Positions 1-9,420 of a stretch of 64,000 nt of DNA are shown here, piece after piece; the stretch's first letter is position 1, and the number at the start of each line of letters is the position of its first letter. The DNA comes from Candidatus Moraniibacteriota bacterium. GTDB lineage: Bacteria; Patescibacteriota; Minisyncoccia; Moranbacterales; UBA9337. Location: positions 14,249 through 78,248 of the forward strand of contig JAQVJM010000002.1 in assembly GCA_028695135.1 (NCBI GenBank). The letters run 5' to 3'. The position numbers and the translations under genes are program-made. Under the pieces are notes generated by a model, which was not told the DNA's origin, searched no databases, and worked only from the letters and a program-made list of their open reading frames with translations.

Positions 1-12
1 TTTTTTGCGGTT

Positions 13-294
13 ATGGTTTTTTATCTGATGATTAACCAGTTCAACAAAAAATCTGAAGAAAGCGATAATTATTTTGACACCAGTATTGATACTAAAGATA
101 GAGAAGGATTTGGAGGAAATGTTTCCACAGATAAAGAAACTCTTTTGAACGTGGTTGAGAATAACAATGATAGTGAGGAAGAAATCGTTCCTCTTGAGAA
201 AAATGAATTATTGGAATTCGTAAAACAGAAGGAAACATCAACTCAAGAGGTTCCGGCTCCAAGCAAGGAAGATTTGTTAAAAAATTTAAAATAA
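13..294 (+). CDS. Acidic hypothetical protein, probably the C-terminal part of a gene that starts upstream of the window
   Basis: ORF track; frame 1 is open from position 1; Asp/Glu/Ser-rich, no recognisable family. Confidence 0.3.
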   Translation: MVFYLMINQFNKKSEESDNYFDTSIDTKDREGFGGNVSTDKETLLNVVENNNDSEEEIVPLEKNELLEFVKQKETSTQEVPAPSKEDLLKNLK

Positions 295-322
295 TCAATA
301 AAAAAATTAATAACATAAGACT

Positions 323-1393
323 ATGTTAGGAAAAATTATAAAAAAAGAAAGCGTTTATTATTGGTCGAGAGTGGCGGTGATAGGAGTTCTGGTCGGAGCG
401 TCTGTCCAATTTGTTTTTGCCTGGGCGGAACCCGAACTTGATCCTCCAGGGGGAAATCTCGAGGCGCCGATCAATGTGTCTGATACGGGGCAGACAAAAT
501 ATGGGACATTGGACATAAATACGAACAATGGCAGTTATTCTGTTTATACGCGGGAGTCCTTGTTGGTAGGAAATCAAATTGTCTCAGGCAGTCATATAAC
601 AGCAGGCGGAAATGTATGGACAGGAAGCGGATATATTTTCAGCGGTCGAGGAGAAGTATTGAGAAGCAATGATACCTGGCTCAGGCTAAACCAAGCCAAT
701 GATCACACTAGCGGAACCTTTACACCCTATCTGATGCGAGCTGACGGAGGATATCAAGTTGACGGAAAATGGGCGATTTCTGCCGATAATAATTGGCACA
801 GAGCCCAATATTCGGACAATACCCGTTATGGCTATTTCGAGGGTCGAAGGCAAGATGGTACTAGAGGTTTTTATCTCGGGTGGGGAAATGGCGGTACGGT
901 GGTGAACCTCGGCCTCGACAATGCGAACTATCTAGATATCACAGGAAACCAATATATCCGCTGGAATAGTCCCCAGGGCTCTAACTTGTTCTACTTCAAT
1001 AATGCTACCGCCACCAAGTCAACCGGTCTTTATTATGATGGCTCGAACCAATTTTCCATAGCGAGATTCGCAAATAACTTCGGAGCTTGGGAAAAGACCC
1101 CATATTTGTTCCAGATGAATGATAATGGCAATCTTGTCATCAATAATAACCATGGACTTAGGATAACGAAATATCCCGGTTGCGGAAAGCTTTATACCGA
1201 TTCCAGCGGAGTGGTGCAGTGTGGGCAAGATCAGACCGGATCAGGTAGAGGACTAAATTTGACAAACTGTTATGGCAAGAATGTCCCTGATAATGTTATG
1301 GTTACTTGCGGATCAGGGGAAGTTATGACAGGCGCTCTGTCTTACGGCCAGAATCAGATGCAAATTATGTGTTGCAGGGCTACTGTTCAATAA
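323..1393 (+). CDS. Hypothetical surface/secreted protein with N-terminal membrane anchor, Gly/Asn/Thr-rich body and C-terminal 8-Cys cluster
   Basis: Hydrophobic segment VAVIGVLVGASVQFVFAWA near N-terminus; C-terminal CGKLY...CGQDQ...CYGKN...CGSGE...MCC pattern; no family recognised. Confidence 0.5.
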   Translation: MLGKIIKKESVYYWSRVAVIGVLVGASVQFVFAWAEPELDPPGGNLEAPINVSDTGQTKYGTLDINTNNGSYSVYTRESLLVGNQIVSGSHITAGGNVWTGSGYIFSGRGEVLRSNDTWLRLNQANDHTSGTFTPYLMRADGGYQVDGKWAISADNNWHRAQYSDNTRYGYFEGRRQDGTRGFYLGWGNGGTVVNLGLDNANYLDITGNQYIRWNSPQGSNLFYFNNATATKSTGLYYDGSNQFSIARFANNFGAWEKTPYLFQMNDNGNLVINNNHGLRITKYPGCGKLYTDSSGVVQCGQDQTGSGRGLNLTNCYGKNVPDNVMVTCGSGEVMTGALSYGQNQMQIMCCRATVQ

Positions 1394-1605
1394 TGCGCAG
1401 AATAATTTTTGTCAAAATAATAAAAAATAGATAAATTAAAGAAAATATATCAAAAAGGAAAAATAAGTATACATAATCTAGAATATCAATTAGGATGTTT
1501 TAAGATATCTTTGATAATTTATTACAAAAACGGATAAAAACGATACTCCAAAAAATAATGGGAGCGGATAAATTATAATTAGATAGAAACAAATTAAATA
1601 AAAAA

Positions 1606-1797
1606 ATGAAAAGAAGCCAAATAAAATCCTTATCGATAATAATCTCGGCGATTGCCATAGTTGTTTTTGTGGCGGTGGTTTTGTATCTGGTAATGAATCA
1701 GTCCAGCAAGCAAAAAAATGAAAAAAATGAAATTTCTCCCGGAAGCATCGAAAAACAAGACGAAGAAATAATTTTTGAAAAACCCGCCTCTATGTGA
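1606..1797 (+). CDS. Small single-pass membrane protein (hypothetical)
   Basis: 63 aa ORF with one hydrophobic helix (LSIIISAIAIVVFVAVVLYLV). Confidence 0.35.
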   Translation: MKRSQIKSLSIIISAIAIVVFVAVVLYLVMNQSSKQKNEKNEISPGSIEKQDEEIIFEKPASM

Positions 1798-2084
1798 TGA
1801 TTCTGCAGAAAAGAATGTCGATTTAAATGTCGACCAACCGGAATTTGCTCCTGAGCTGGAGATGATGATAGAATAATAAAACCGCTTCGTATAATAGGAA
1901 ATTTTTCTATCCAAAGATCATATCTTTTATGTGCTTCTTGACTTTTTATCTTTAAAAAGCTATTATTGTTTTTGTGGTTTTAAGCGACCAAGATAATTTT
2001 TTTTGTTTTATTCATCCTGTTAATAATTTTATTGGAATAAAATTCCGCTCGCCACGGCGAGTCGGATTTAAACAGGGTAAAAAT

Positions 2085-2393
2085 ATGTTAGCGATAATAA
2101 GAACTGGAGGAAAACAGTATAAAATCAAAGAAGAGGACAAGATCAAGATTGAAAAAATAGAGGGAAAAGAGGGAGATAAGGTTAAATTTCCCGAAGTTTT
2201 GTTTATAGGCGACGAAAAAAGCGCCAAAATAGGAACTCCTCTAGTAAAAGGCGCGAAAGTCGAAGGAAAGATAATCGCCCAGAAAAAAGACAAAAAAGTC
2301 TGGGGGATAAAGCACAAGGCCAAAAAAAGATATAAGATCAAATTCGGCCATAAACAGCCGATCACGGAAGTAGAAATAGTAAAGATCGGATAA
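2085..2393 (+). CDS. rplU: 50S ribosomal protein L21
   Basis: MLAIIRTGGKQYKIKEEDKIKIEKIEG...KKVWGIKHKAKKRYKIKFGHKQ matches the L21 family N-terminus and length; start moved to the internal ATG at 2085 after a GC-rich leader hairpin. Confidence 0.85.
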   Translation: MLAIIRTGGKQYKIKEEDKIKIEKIEGKEGDKVKFPEVLFIGDEKSAKIGTPLVKGAKVEGKIIAQKKDKKVWGIKHKAKKRYKIKFGHKQPITEVEIVKIG

Positions 2394-2408
2394 ATATAAT
2401 ATCAAAAG

Positions 2409-2440
2409 AAGCCGCCTCTATAAGGCGGCTTTTAAGTTTT
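2409..2440. terminator. Bidirectional rho-independent terminator between rplU (+) and recR (-)
   Basis: GCCGCCT-CTATA-AGGCGGC hairpin followed by TTTTAAGTTTT. Confidence 0.6.
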
Positions 2441-2454
2441 GATCCAATCGTGTA

Positions 2455-3042
2455 TCAGTTCAATTTTTCCCGATTCGTCAATGCCGAGCTCAGAGTCAGC
2501 TCGTCGGCATACTCGATATCTCCTCCGGTTGAAAGTCCGCGTCCGAGGCGGGTAATTTTTATTTTGAAATTTTGAAGCTTCCTTTTAAGATAAAGAGAAG
2601 TCATATCGCCTTCTGTTGTCGGATTGGTGGCGATTATTATTTCTTTGATTCCTTCTTTTTTAAGCCTCTCCAAAAGCTCCGGTATTTTTAGATCATTTTT
2701 TTCTTCTCCCGCTTCCATTGATCCGCCCAAGACGTGATACAATCCCTTGTAAATCCCTGTCCTCTCTATGGAAATTATATCAAGAGGATCTTCCACCACG
2801 CAGATCGCATCGTCTTCTCTTTGTTTGTTATTGCATATTTCGCAAAGATTCTCTTCCGATATGTTGAAACATCTTTCGCAGTAGCGAAGCTCTTTAAGCT
2901 TGGCCAAATTTTCCGAAAAATCCTTTATTTTTTCCTTGTTCTGTTTGAATAAAAATAAGACCAGCCTTTCGGCCATTTTGGGACCGATGGAGGGAAGTGA
3001 TGAAAAATTATCTATCAGTTTTTGAAATATCTTGGGATACAC
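2455..3042 (-). CDS. recR: Recombination protein RecR
   Basis: N-terminal HhH (SLPSIGPKMAERLVLFL), C4 zinc finger (CERCFNISEENLCEICNN) and Toprim motif (IIATNPTTEGD). Confidence 0.9.
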   Translation of the reverse strand: MYPKIFQKLIDNFSSLPSIGPKMAERLVLFLFKQNKEKIKDFSENLAKLKELRYCERCFNISEENLCEICNNKQREDDAICVVEDPLDIISIERTGIYKGLYHVLGGSMEAGEEKNDLKIPELLERLKKEGIKEIIIATNPTTEGDMTSLYLKRKLQNFKIKITRLGRGLSTGGDIEYADELTLSSALTNREKLN

Positions 3043-3123
3043 GTTAAAAATTCAAAGTGCAAAATTCAAAAATAAAAATTTATAATTTTTTTGAAAATGA
3101 CTTCTTGTTTTATTTTTTTTAAA

Positions 3124-4515
3124 TTATTTATTTTCAGTAGCCATATCTTCTTCCGTATGGGTTCTTTCCAGAGATTTAAATGTCGTGGATTTTTCCTCAA
3201 AATAAAGGCTGGCTTTTCCCAGAGGCCCGTTCCTGTGCTTGGCTATGATGACGTCCACGATGTTTCTGTTGGGAGTATCCGGTTTTTCGCGGTCTTCGCG
3301 GTAAAGCATCAAAACGACGTCGGCGTCTTGTTCGATCGAGCCCGACTCCCTGAGATCGGAAAGTTTCGGAATTTGCGGAGATCGTGATTCAACTTGTCGG
3401 GAGAGCTGGGAGAGGGCGAGAATCGGGATATTCAGTTCCCTGGCAAGTTGCTTAAGGGCGCGCGATATTTCGGAAATTTCCTGGACGCGGTTGTCTCCGG
3501 AGCTTTTTCTTCCTTCCATAAGTTGCAAATAGTCGATTATTATCAGTCCCAGCTTATGCTCTGCCTGAAGCCTCCTGGCCATGGTGCGCATTTCCATAAT
3601 ATTGGCGGAAGCGGCGTCATCGATGTAAATCGGCGCTTCGCTCAAAATACCCATTGCTTCATTCAGTTTCTCAAAATCATTTTCCGTTCCGCTGGATCGC
3701 AGTTTTCCGGTCCGAAGCCTCCAAAGATCAATTCCCGCCTGGGCGGCCAGCATCCTGTCGATAAGCTGATCGGACGACATTTCCAGAGAAAAAATTCCCA
3801 CGGGAACCTTGGTCTGGATTCCTATCTGTCTGGCGATGTCGAGAGCGAGAGTCGTTTTTCCGATTGAAGGCCTGGCGGCCAATATTATCAGATCGGACTT
3901 TTGCAGTCCGGCAAGGATATTGTCGATATCCGGAAATCCTGTAGGCACTCCGCGTATGCTGCTGTCGTCTTTGTGTAATTCATCTATCCTGTTAAAGGCG
4001 CTTTCCAAAATTGATTTGATGGGGACAAAATCCTGCTTTAAATATTTCTGAGAAACTTTGAATATCCCTTGTTCGGCTTCATCCAAAATTTTTTCGACAT
4101 CTTCATTTCCGGAATATCCCATTTCCAGAATATTATCGGCGGCGGTGATAAGCCGGCGAAGCATCCCTTTTTTCTGGACAACCTTAGCGTAATGGGAAAC
4201 ATGAGAAGCGGAAGGGACGGAGTTTACCAGGGAAGCCACGTAACTGGAGCCGCCGATTTCTTCGAGCTGGCTCTTTTCTTCCAGCTTGTTGGATATGCTG
4301 AGTACGTCGATCGGATCTCTTTCTTCATAGAGCTCAAGCATCGCCTCGAATATCTTATTGTGGGATTCCTTGTAAAAATCGCCTGGCTGCAAAAAATCAG
4401 CGACTTTTATAATCGCATCCTTGTCGAGCATAAGAGATCCCAAAACCGACTGCTCAGCTTCGATGTTGTGGGGAGGAACCCTCAATTCGTCTTCATTTTT
4501 ATTGCTTCTGGCCAT
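3124..4515 (-). CDS. dnaB: Replicative DNA helicase DnaB
   Basis: PPHNIEAEQSVLGSLMLD N-terminal motif, Walker A ARPSIGKTTLALDIA, GLIIIDYLQLM, RecA-like C-terminal domain, 463 aa. Confidence 0.9.
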   Translation of the reverse strand: MARSNKNEDELRVPPHNIEAEQSVLGSLMLDKDAIIKVADFLQPGDFYKESHNKIFEAMLELYEERDPIDVLSISNKLEEKSQLEEIGGSSYVASLVNSVPSASHVSHYAKVVQKKGMLRRLITAADNILEMGYSGNEDVEKILDEAEQGIFKVSQKYLKQDFVPIKSILESAFNRIDELHKDDSSIRGVPTGFPDIDNILAGLQKSDLIILAARPSIGKTTLALDIARQIGIQTKVPVGIFSLEMSSDQLIDRMLAAQAGIDLWRLRTGKLRSSGTENDFEKLNEAMGILSEAPIYIDDAASANIMEMRTMARRLQAEHKLGLIIIDYLQLMEGRKSSGDNRVQEISEISRALKQLARELNIPILALSQLSRQVESRSPQIPKLSDLRESGSIEQDADVVLMLYREDREKPDTPNRNIVDVIIAKHRNGPLGKASLYFEEKSTTFKSLERTHTEEDMATENK

Positions 4516-4728
4516 TTGCTTAAAGAAAAAGATAAAGGATATCGCGCGTATCCTTGTATGACAAAATTAAGTATATATTATATAAAAAAGCAAAGCAATG
4601 CTTGACAAAATATGTAAATATGTGCTAATCTATATCGATTGGAAAAATTAATTTTTTCCGAATAAGCGCTGATTTTAAATATGAATTTTCTATATTTTTA
4701 TCATTTTTAACTATAAAAAAGGCTAGCT

Positions 4729-5835
4729 TTGCAAAAACATTTGCCGCTTTTTTTAGTTTATTATTTTATGAAGAATAAATCCATCATTAAAAAAAATTCC
4801 GAAATTTCTCTTTTTGAAAATGCGGTGAAATCCGTTACCGGCGGAATAAACGAAAGAGCTAAAGCGATGATATCTGATCGTTTTGGTTTTTATGGAAAAA
4901 GAATCAAGACCTTGGGTCAAATAGGGCAGGATTACGGCATTACCAGGGAAAGAGTTAGACAGATAATCCAGGAGGCTACAAGCAAGGCCAAGAAGTCTTC
5001 CAAAAAGGATCCTTTTTTCAAAAAAGCGGAAGAAAAAATCAAATTTACAATAGAAAAAAAATATGGTATAATTAATAAAAGCGACCTCATAGATTCCTTT
5101 TTTAAAGGAGAAGATGGAGGTAATTTTTTGGATTTTATCTTATATTGTTCGGATAAATTCGATATGTTTGGAGATAAGGAAAATATGAAAGAATCCGTGG
5201 CGTTAGCCGGATTTAAAAGGGAAGAATGGGATAAGATAATTGGAGAGACTCGAAAAATCTTGGAGGAGAAAAGAAGAGTCTTGAGTTTCAAAGGAATCTT
5301 TAACGAATTCAGAAAATTGTATCCGGATTTCGAGAAGGAAAAACTCGCTTCCTATCTGACCGTTTCCAAGGAAATCAAGAAAGGAGTCTTCGGGAAATGG
5401 GGGATGGCTGACTGGAAGGAGATAAATCCCAAAGGGATGAGACAAAAGGCCTACCTGGTGATAAAGGAATCGAAAAAACCTTTGCATTTCAGAGAAGTCG
5501 CCCGAATGATAGATGAATATAAGCTGAACAAGAAAAAAACTCATCCTCAGACGGTGCACAACGAGCTTATCAAAGACGAAAATTTTGTCTTAGTCGGCAG
5601 AGGGACTTATGCTCTCAAAGAGTGGGGATATCAGAAAGGAACGGTCAAGGATGTCATAGAGGGAATATTGAAGGTCAGCAAAAAACCGGTTTCTCAAGAC
5701 GAAATTATAGAAAAAGTTTTATCGGTAAGAAATGTCAAAGAAGCTACAGTTATAATAAATCTGAATAATTTTTTCAAGAAAATGGACAAAAGGAAATATT
5801 TTTTGAAAAAAAATGAGGTCAAAGATCGCGTTTAA
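4729..5835 (+). CDS. DNA-binding protein with sigma-70 region-4-like HTH (N-terminal) and HARE-HTH-like winged helix (C-terminal)
   Basis: TLGQIGQDYGITRERVRQIIQEATSKAKK resembles sigma70 region 4; FREVARMIDEY...THPQTVHNELIKDENFVLVGRGTYALKEW resembles the HARE-HTH of RNAP delta/Mrr N-terminus; start codon uncertain (alternative ATG at about 4768). Confidence 0.55.
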   Translation: MQKHLPLFLVYYFMKNKSIIKKNSEISLFENAVKSVTGGINERAKAMISDRFGFYGKRIKTLGQIGQDYGITRERVRQIIQEATSKAKKSSKKDPFFKKAEEKIKFTIEKKYGIINKSDLIDSFFKGEDGGNFLDFILYCSDKFDMFGDKENMKESVALAGFKREEWDKIIGETRKILEEKRRVLSFKGIFNEFRKLYPDFEKEKLASYLTVSKEIKKGVFGKWGMADWKEINPKGMRQKAYLVIKESKKPLHFREVARMIDEYKLNKKKTHPQTVHNELIKDENFVLVGRGTYALKEWGYQKGTVKDVIEGILKVSKKPVSQDEIIEKVLSVRNVKEATVIINLNNFFKKMDKRKYFLKKNEVKDRV

Positions 5836-5879
5836 GCGGGATTTCTAAATATCTTTTTGCATAAGCCAAACAAAAATAA

Positions 5880-7154
5880 ATGGAGATAATAATCGAAAGT
5901 TTTTCTGCGCTATTTTCAGAAGAAATGCGACAGGCCGTGGGAGCGAGCTGGTTCATAGTTCTTCCCGTAGCCCTCTATTTCTTGTTCAAAATATTATGGA
6001 TGGATTTCGTCCAGGATAACTTTTGGTCAAATATAGAATGGGATCTTATCGAAATAGTGCCTCCGAATGATATAGAGGCGACTCCTCAGCCGATGGAACT
6101 TATTTATTCCGGAATGCTCGGATCGATGAAGGGAATAAATGCCATAGAAGAATTTGTCAACGGAGAAATGGCGATGTATTACAGTCTTGAGCTGGTGAGT
6201 GACGAGGGCGGGGTTCATTTTTATATAAGAACGCCTAAAAATTTTACTCCTTTGATTGAGTCCAATTTCCATTCCCAATATCCCCAGGCTGAAATCAAAA
6301 TCGTTCCTGATTATGTAAATAACGTTCCAAAATTGGTTCCTAATAAAGAGTGGGATCTCTGGGGAACTGATTTCAAATTGGACAAACCGGATCCCTATCC
6401 GATAAAAAGCTACAGATGGTTTGAAGAAGACATAACCGGAAAAGCTCTTGACCCGTTGGCTTCCATTGTTGAAAGTATGGGGAAAATAGGTCCTGGCCAA
6501 AAATTTTGGCTTCAATTCATCATTACCCCGAAAGACGCCAGCCAATATGATACGGGCAAAGAATTGGCCAACGAGTTGGCCGGAAGGGCGATAGGTAAAA
6601 AAAGAGGATTTTTGGAGGGTGTGTTGGGAGATATCGTTGATGTGGCGATAGGGGCGTTAAAAACATTTTTCGGAGCTCCTCCCGAAGAATCCGCAACCGA
6701 AAAAGGCGAAGAAAATGTTCCCATAGAATTCAGGCTTACTCCCGGAGAAAGAGAAGTTTTAAAAATGGTCGAGGAGGGAATAGGCAAAAGCGCTTTCAAT
6801 GTGAAAATGAGAATGATTTATCTGGGAAGGAGAGAGGCTTTCAATAAAGTCGTCGTAGGTTCAGTGGCGGGAGGCATAAAGCAATTTTCCGATATAAATA
6901 CCAACGGATTTGCCATGGACAATGATACCAAAACATTCGCGCTCCACCTCTTCGTGGAGCAAAGGATGAGATACCGCCAAAGGACGATATTTAGGAGATA
7001 TGTCAAAAGAGATCGTACCGGAAAAACTTTTCATTTGAATACCGAAGAACTGGCTACCATTTTTCATCTTCCTAATATGTCTGTTATCACTCCTTCTCTG
7101 CGCAAGATTGAGACTAAGACCGGAAGTGCTCCGGCTAATCTGCCCATAGGATAA
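5880..7154 (+). CDS. Membrane-anchored hypothetical protein, probable partner of the downstream coupling-type ATPase
   Basis: N-terminal TM (WFIVLPVALYFLFKILWM) then a 380-aa soluble domain; 10-nt gap to the next gene suggests translational coupling. Confidence 0.5.
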   Translation: MEIIIESFSALFSEEMRQAVGASWFIVLPVALYFLFKILWMDFVQDNFWSNIEWDLIEIVPPNDIEATPQPMELIYSGMLGSMKGINAIEEFVNGEMAMYYSLELVSDEGGVHFYIRTPKNFTPLIESNFHSQYPQAEIKIVPDYVNNVPKLVPNKEWDLWGTDFKLDKPDPYPIKSYRWFEEDITGKALDPLASIVESMGKIGPGQKFWLQFIITPKDASQYDTGKELANELAGRAIGKKRGFLEGVLGDIVDVAIGALKTFFGAPPEESATEKGEENVPIEFRLTPGEREVLKMVEEGIGKSAFNVKMRMIYLGRREAFNKVVVGSVAGGIKQFSDINTNGFAMDNDTKTFALHLFVEQRMRYRQRTIFRRYVKRDRTGKTFHLNTEELATIFHLPNMSVITPSLRKIETKTGSAPANLPIG

Positions 7155-7163
7155 ATATAAATT

Positions 7164-9053
7164 ATGCAACAAGATATAACTTTTTTCGCCAAAACAAATT
7201 TCAGAAACCAAAACGTGAAATTCGGCATCAAAACCGAAGATCGGCAACGCCATATTTATGTGATCGGAAAAACCGGAATGGGCAAAACCACCCTTCTGGA
7301 GAATATTGTCATGCAGGATATCGCTAACGGATATGGAGTGGCTTATATCGATCCGCACGGAGATACGGCTGAAAAGCTCATAAAAGCCATACCTGCCAAC
7401 AGGATCAATGATGTGGTTTATTTCAACCCGGCGGATACCGAATATCCGGTCGCTTTTAATATTTTGGAAGCGGTCGATGAAGATAAAAAATATCTTGTCG
7501 CTTCCGGAATGATGGGAGTCTTTAAAAAAATTTGGCCCGATGTTTGGAGCGCCAGGATGGAGTATATACTCAATAACGCTATTTTGGCTCTTTTGGATTA
7601 TCCCGGTTCGACCATGATGGGAGTAAATAGGATGATGTCCGACAAAAAATATCGCCAGCGGGTTTATGAAAAGATAAAAGATCCGATCGTAAAAAGTTTT
7701 TGGATAGATGAATTCGAAACATGGGACGATCGTTTCAGGAAAGAGGCCGTGGCGGCGATACAAAATAAAGTGGGACAATTTCTATCTTCTTTTCTCATAA
7801 GGAATATAGTGGGACAGACCAAATCTACCATAAACATGCGTGATATAATGGAGGAGAACAAGATTTTGATAGTGAATCTTTCCAAGGGAAGAATAGGAGA
7901 GGACGCTATGCGCCTTCTAGGGGGAATGATAGTGACAAAATTGCAATTAGCCGCTATGGAAAGAGTCGATATTCCCGAAGAAAAGAGAAGCAATTTCTAT
8001 CTGACGGTGGATGAATTTCAAAATTTTGTTACGGAATCTTTTGCTAATATTTTATCCGAAGCCAGGAAATACCGCTTAAACTTGCTGGTGGCGCATCAAT
8101 ATATCAATCAGCTGGTTTTTGACGGAAATACGGTAGTGAGGGACGCCATCTTTGGAAATGTGGGAACGATAATCGCTTTTAGAGTGGGGGCGGAGGACGC
8201 CGAATTTTTGGAAAAAGAATTCGAACCTATTTTCATGATGAACGATATTGTCAATCTTCCGAAATACAATATATATTTGAAGCTGATGATTGATGGAATC
8301 GCGGGAAACGCTTTTTCGGCTACCGCTCTTCCTCCGATCGATATCAAGGGCACTGAGGAGAACGCCGAGAAGGTCATAAGGATTTCCAGGGAAAGGTATG
8401 CCAGAATCCGCAAAGATATAGAAGATAAGATTTCTCGATGGACGGGAATGATAGCTAAGGAAGATTTTAAGAGCGTATCCGAGGAAGTCGCAATAAAAAA
8501 GATCCGAGGAACGAATTTAAGAGAAGGCGATTCTAGCTCCAATTACAAGGTTAAGGAGAAACCGCCTTCTGTTTCCGCAGAGGAAATAAGAGAAAAAAAA
8601 GAATCGATTCAAAAAAAAGATAGGGAACAGGGGAAGAAGCATCTTTTTCAAGCCGAATGCGCCACTTGCGGGATAGAGATAGGTGTTCCTTTTAAGCCTG
8701 ACGGAGAAAGGCCGACTTTTTGCAAAGACTGCCTGAAGGATTATCAAAGGGCGATAGCGCGCCTTCAGAATGAAGAGAAAAGATCCAAAGAAAAGCGCGT
8801 TGACGAGGAAAAAAAATTTAAAATTATTGAGAAAAAGGAAGAAGTGAAAAAAGAAAATATCCCGGATAGAATAAAGTCCGGAGTGAGAACGGAGCAGAAG
8901 ATTTATGTCTCCAAAGAAAAGCCTATGAGTCTTTCTCAGACAAGATATGTAGCGCCTAAAAAAATTAAAAATTTGAAGCAGGACATGGGAAAAATAAAGG
9001 AGCTTATAAACAGGAATAGAAAAGCTCAAGGGGATATTGACAAAAAAAATTAA
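7164..9053 (+). CDS. FtsK/HerA-superfamily P-loop ATPase of the VirD4/TraG/TrwB type IV coupling-protein type, lacking N-terminal TM segments, with Lys/Glu-rich tail and CxxC...CxxC zinc ribbon
   Basis: Walker A YVIGKTGMGKTT followed by VAYIDPHGD (cf. TrwB GATGTGKS...IVDPNGD); Walker B FYLTVDEFQNF; ARKYRLNLLVAHQYINQL...IFGNVGTIIAFRVGAEDAEFL matches the T4CP/FtsK C-terminal motor motifs; C-terminal CATCGIEIGVPFKPDGERPTFCKDC. Confidence 0.7.
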   Translation: MQQDITFFAKTNFRNQNVKFGIKTEDRQRHIYVIGKTGMGKTTLLENIVMQDIANGYGVAYIDPHGDTAEKLIKAIPANRINDVVYFNPADTEYPVAFNILEAVDEDKKYLVASGMMGVFKKIWPDVWSARMEYILNNAILALLDYPGSTMMGVNRMMSDKKYRQRVYEKIKDPIVKSFWIDEFETWDDRFRKEAVAAIQNKVGQFLSSFLIRNIVGQTKSTINMRDIMEENKILIVNLSKGRIGEDAMRLLGGMIVTKLQLAAMERVDIPEEKRSNFYLTVDEFQNFVTESFANILSEARKYRLNLLVAHQYINQLVFDGNTVVRDAIFGNVGTIIAFRVGAEDAEFLEKEFEPIFMMNDIVNLPKYNIYLKLMIDGIAGNAFSATALPPIDIKGTEENAEKVIRISRERYARIRKDIEDKISRWTGMIAKEDFKSVSEEVAIKKIRGTNLREGDSSSNYKVKEKPPSVSAEEIREKKESIQKKDREQGKKHLFQAECATCGIEIGVPFKPDGERPTFCKDCLKDYQRAIARLQNEEKRSKEKRVDEEKKFKIIEKKEEVKKENIPDRIKSGVRTEQKIYVSKEKPMSLSQTRYVAPKKIKNLKQDMGKIKELINRNRKAQGDIDKKN

Positions 9054-9098
9054 AAATATAAAATATTTATTGTTTGGTAATAATTAAAAAGCAAAAAA

Positions 9099-9380
9099 AT
9101 GGGAATACAACCTTTAAAAGACAATGTTCTTATTTCTCCGATAAAAGAATCGGAAAAAACAAAAACAGAAGCGGGCATATATCTTCCGGAATCGGCCGAA
9201 GGAATGAATGAAAGGCCTCAAATCGGCAAGGTTGTGGAAGTGGGGGAAAGCAATAAAATTCAAGTAAAAAAAGGGCAAAAAGTAATTTATAATAAATATT
9301 CCGGAACGGAAATAAAATTGGATGGAAAAGATTTTCTGATAGTCAAGAGCGATGATATTCTGGCAGTGATTAAAAAATAG
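9099..9380 (+). CDS. groES: Co-chaperonin GroES (10 kDa chaperonin)
   Basis: IQPLKDNVLISP...EKTKTEAGIYLPESA...GKVVEVGE...KKGQKVIYNKYSGTEIK..DGKDFLIVKSDDILAVI, 93 aa. Confidence 0.9.
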   Translation: MGIQPLKDNVLISPIKESEKTKTEAGIYLPESAEGMNERPQIGKVVEVGESNKIQVKKGQKVIYNKYSGTEIKLDGKDFLIVKSDDILAVIKK

Positions 9381-9390
9381 TCCTAATGAA

Positions 9391-9420
9391 AAAACCGCCA
9401 AAAATGTCGGCGGTTTTTTC
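9391..9420. terminator. Bidirectional rho-independent terminator between groES and the convergent rhodanese gene
   Basis: AAAAACCGCC-aaaaatgtc-GGCGGTTTTTT. Confidence 0.6.

Noticed and set aside
3091-4605. Plus-strand ORFs antisense to dnaB (3091-3387, 3394-3867, 3809-4051, 4069-4605)
   Set aside because: Antisense to a well-supported dnaB; no independent evidence.
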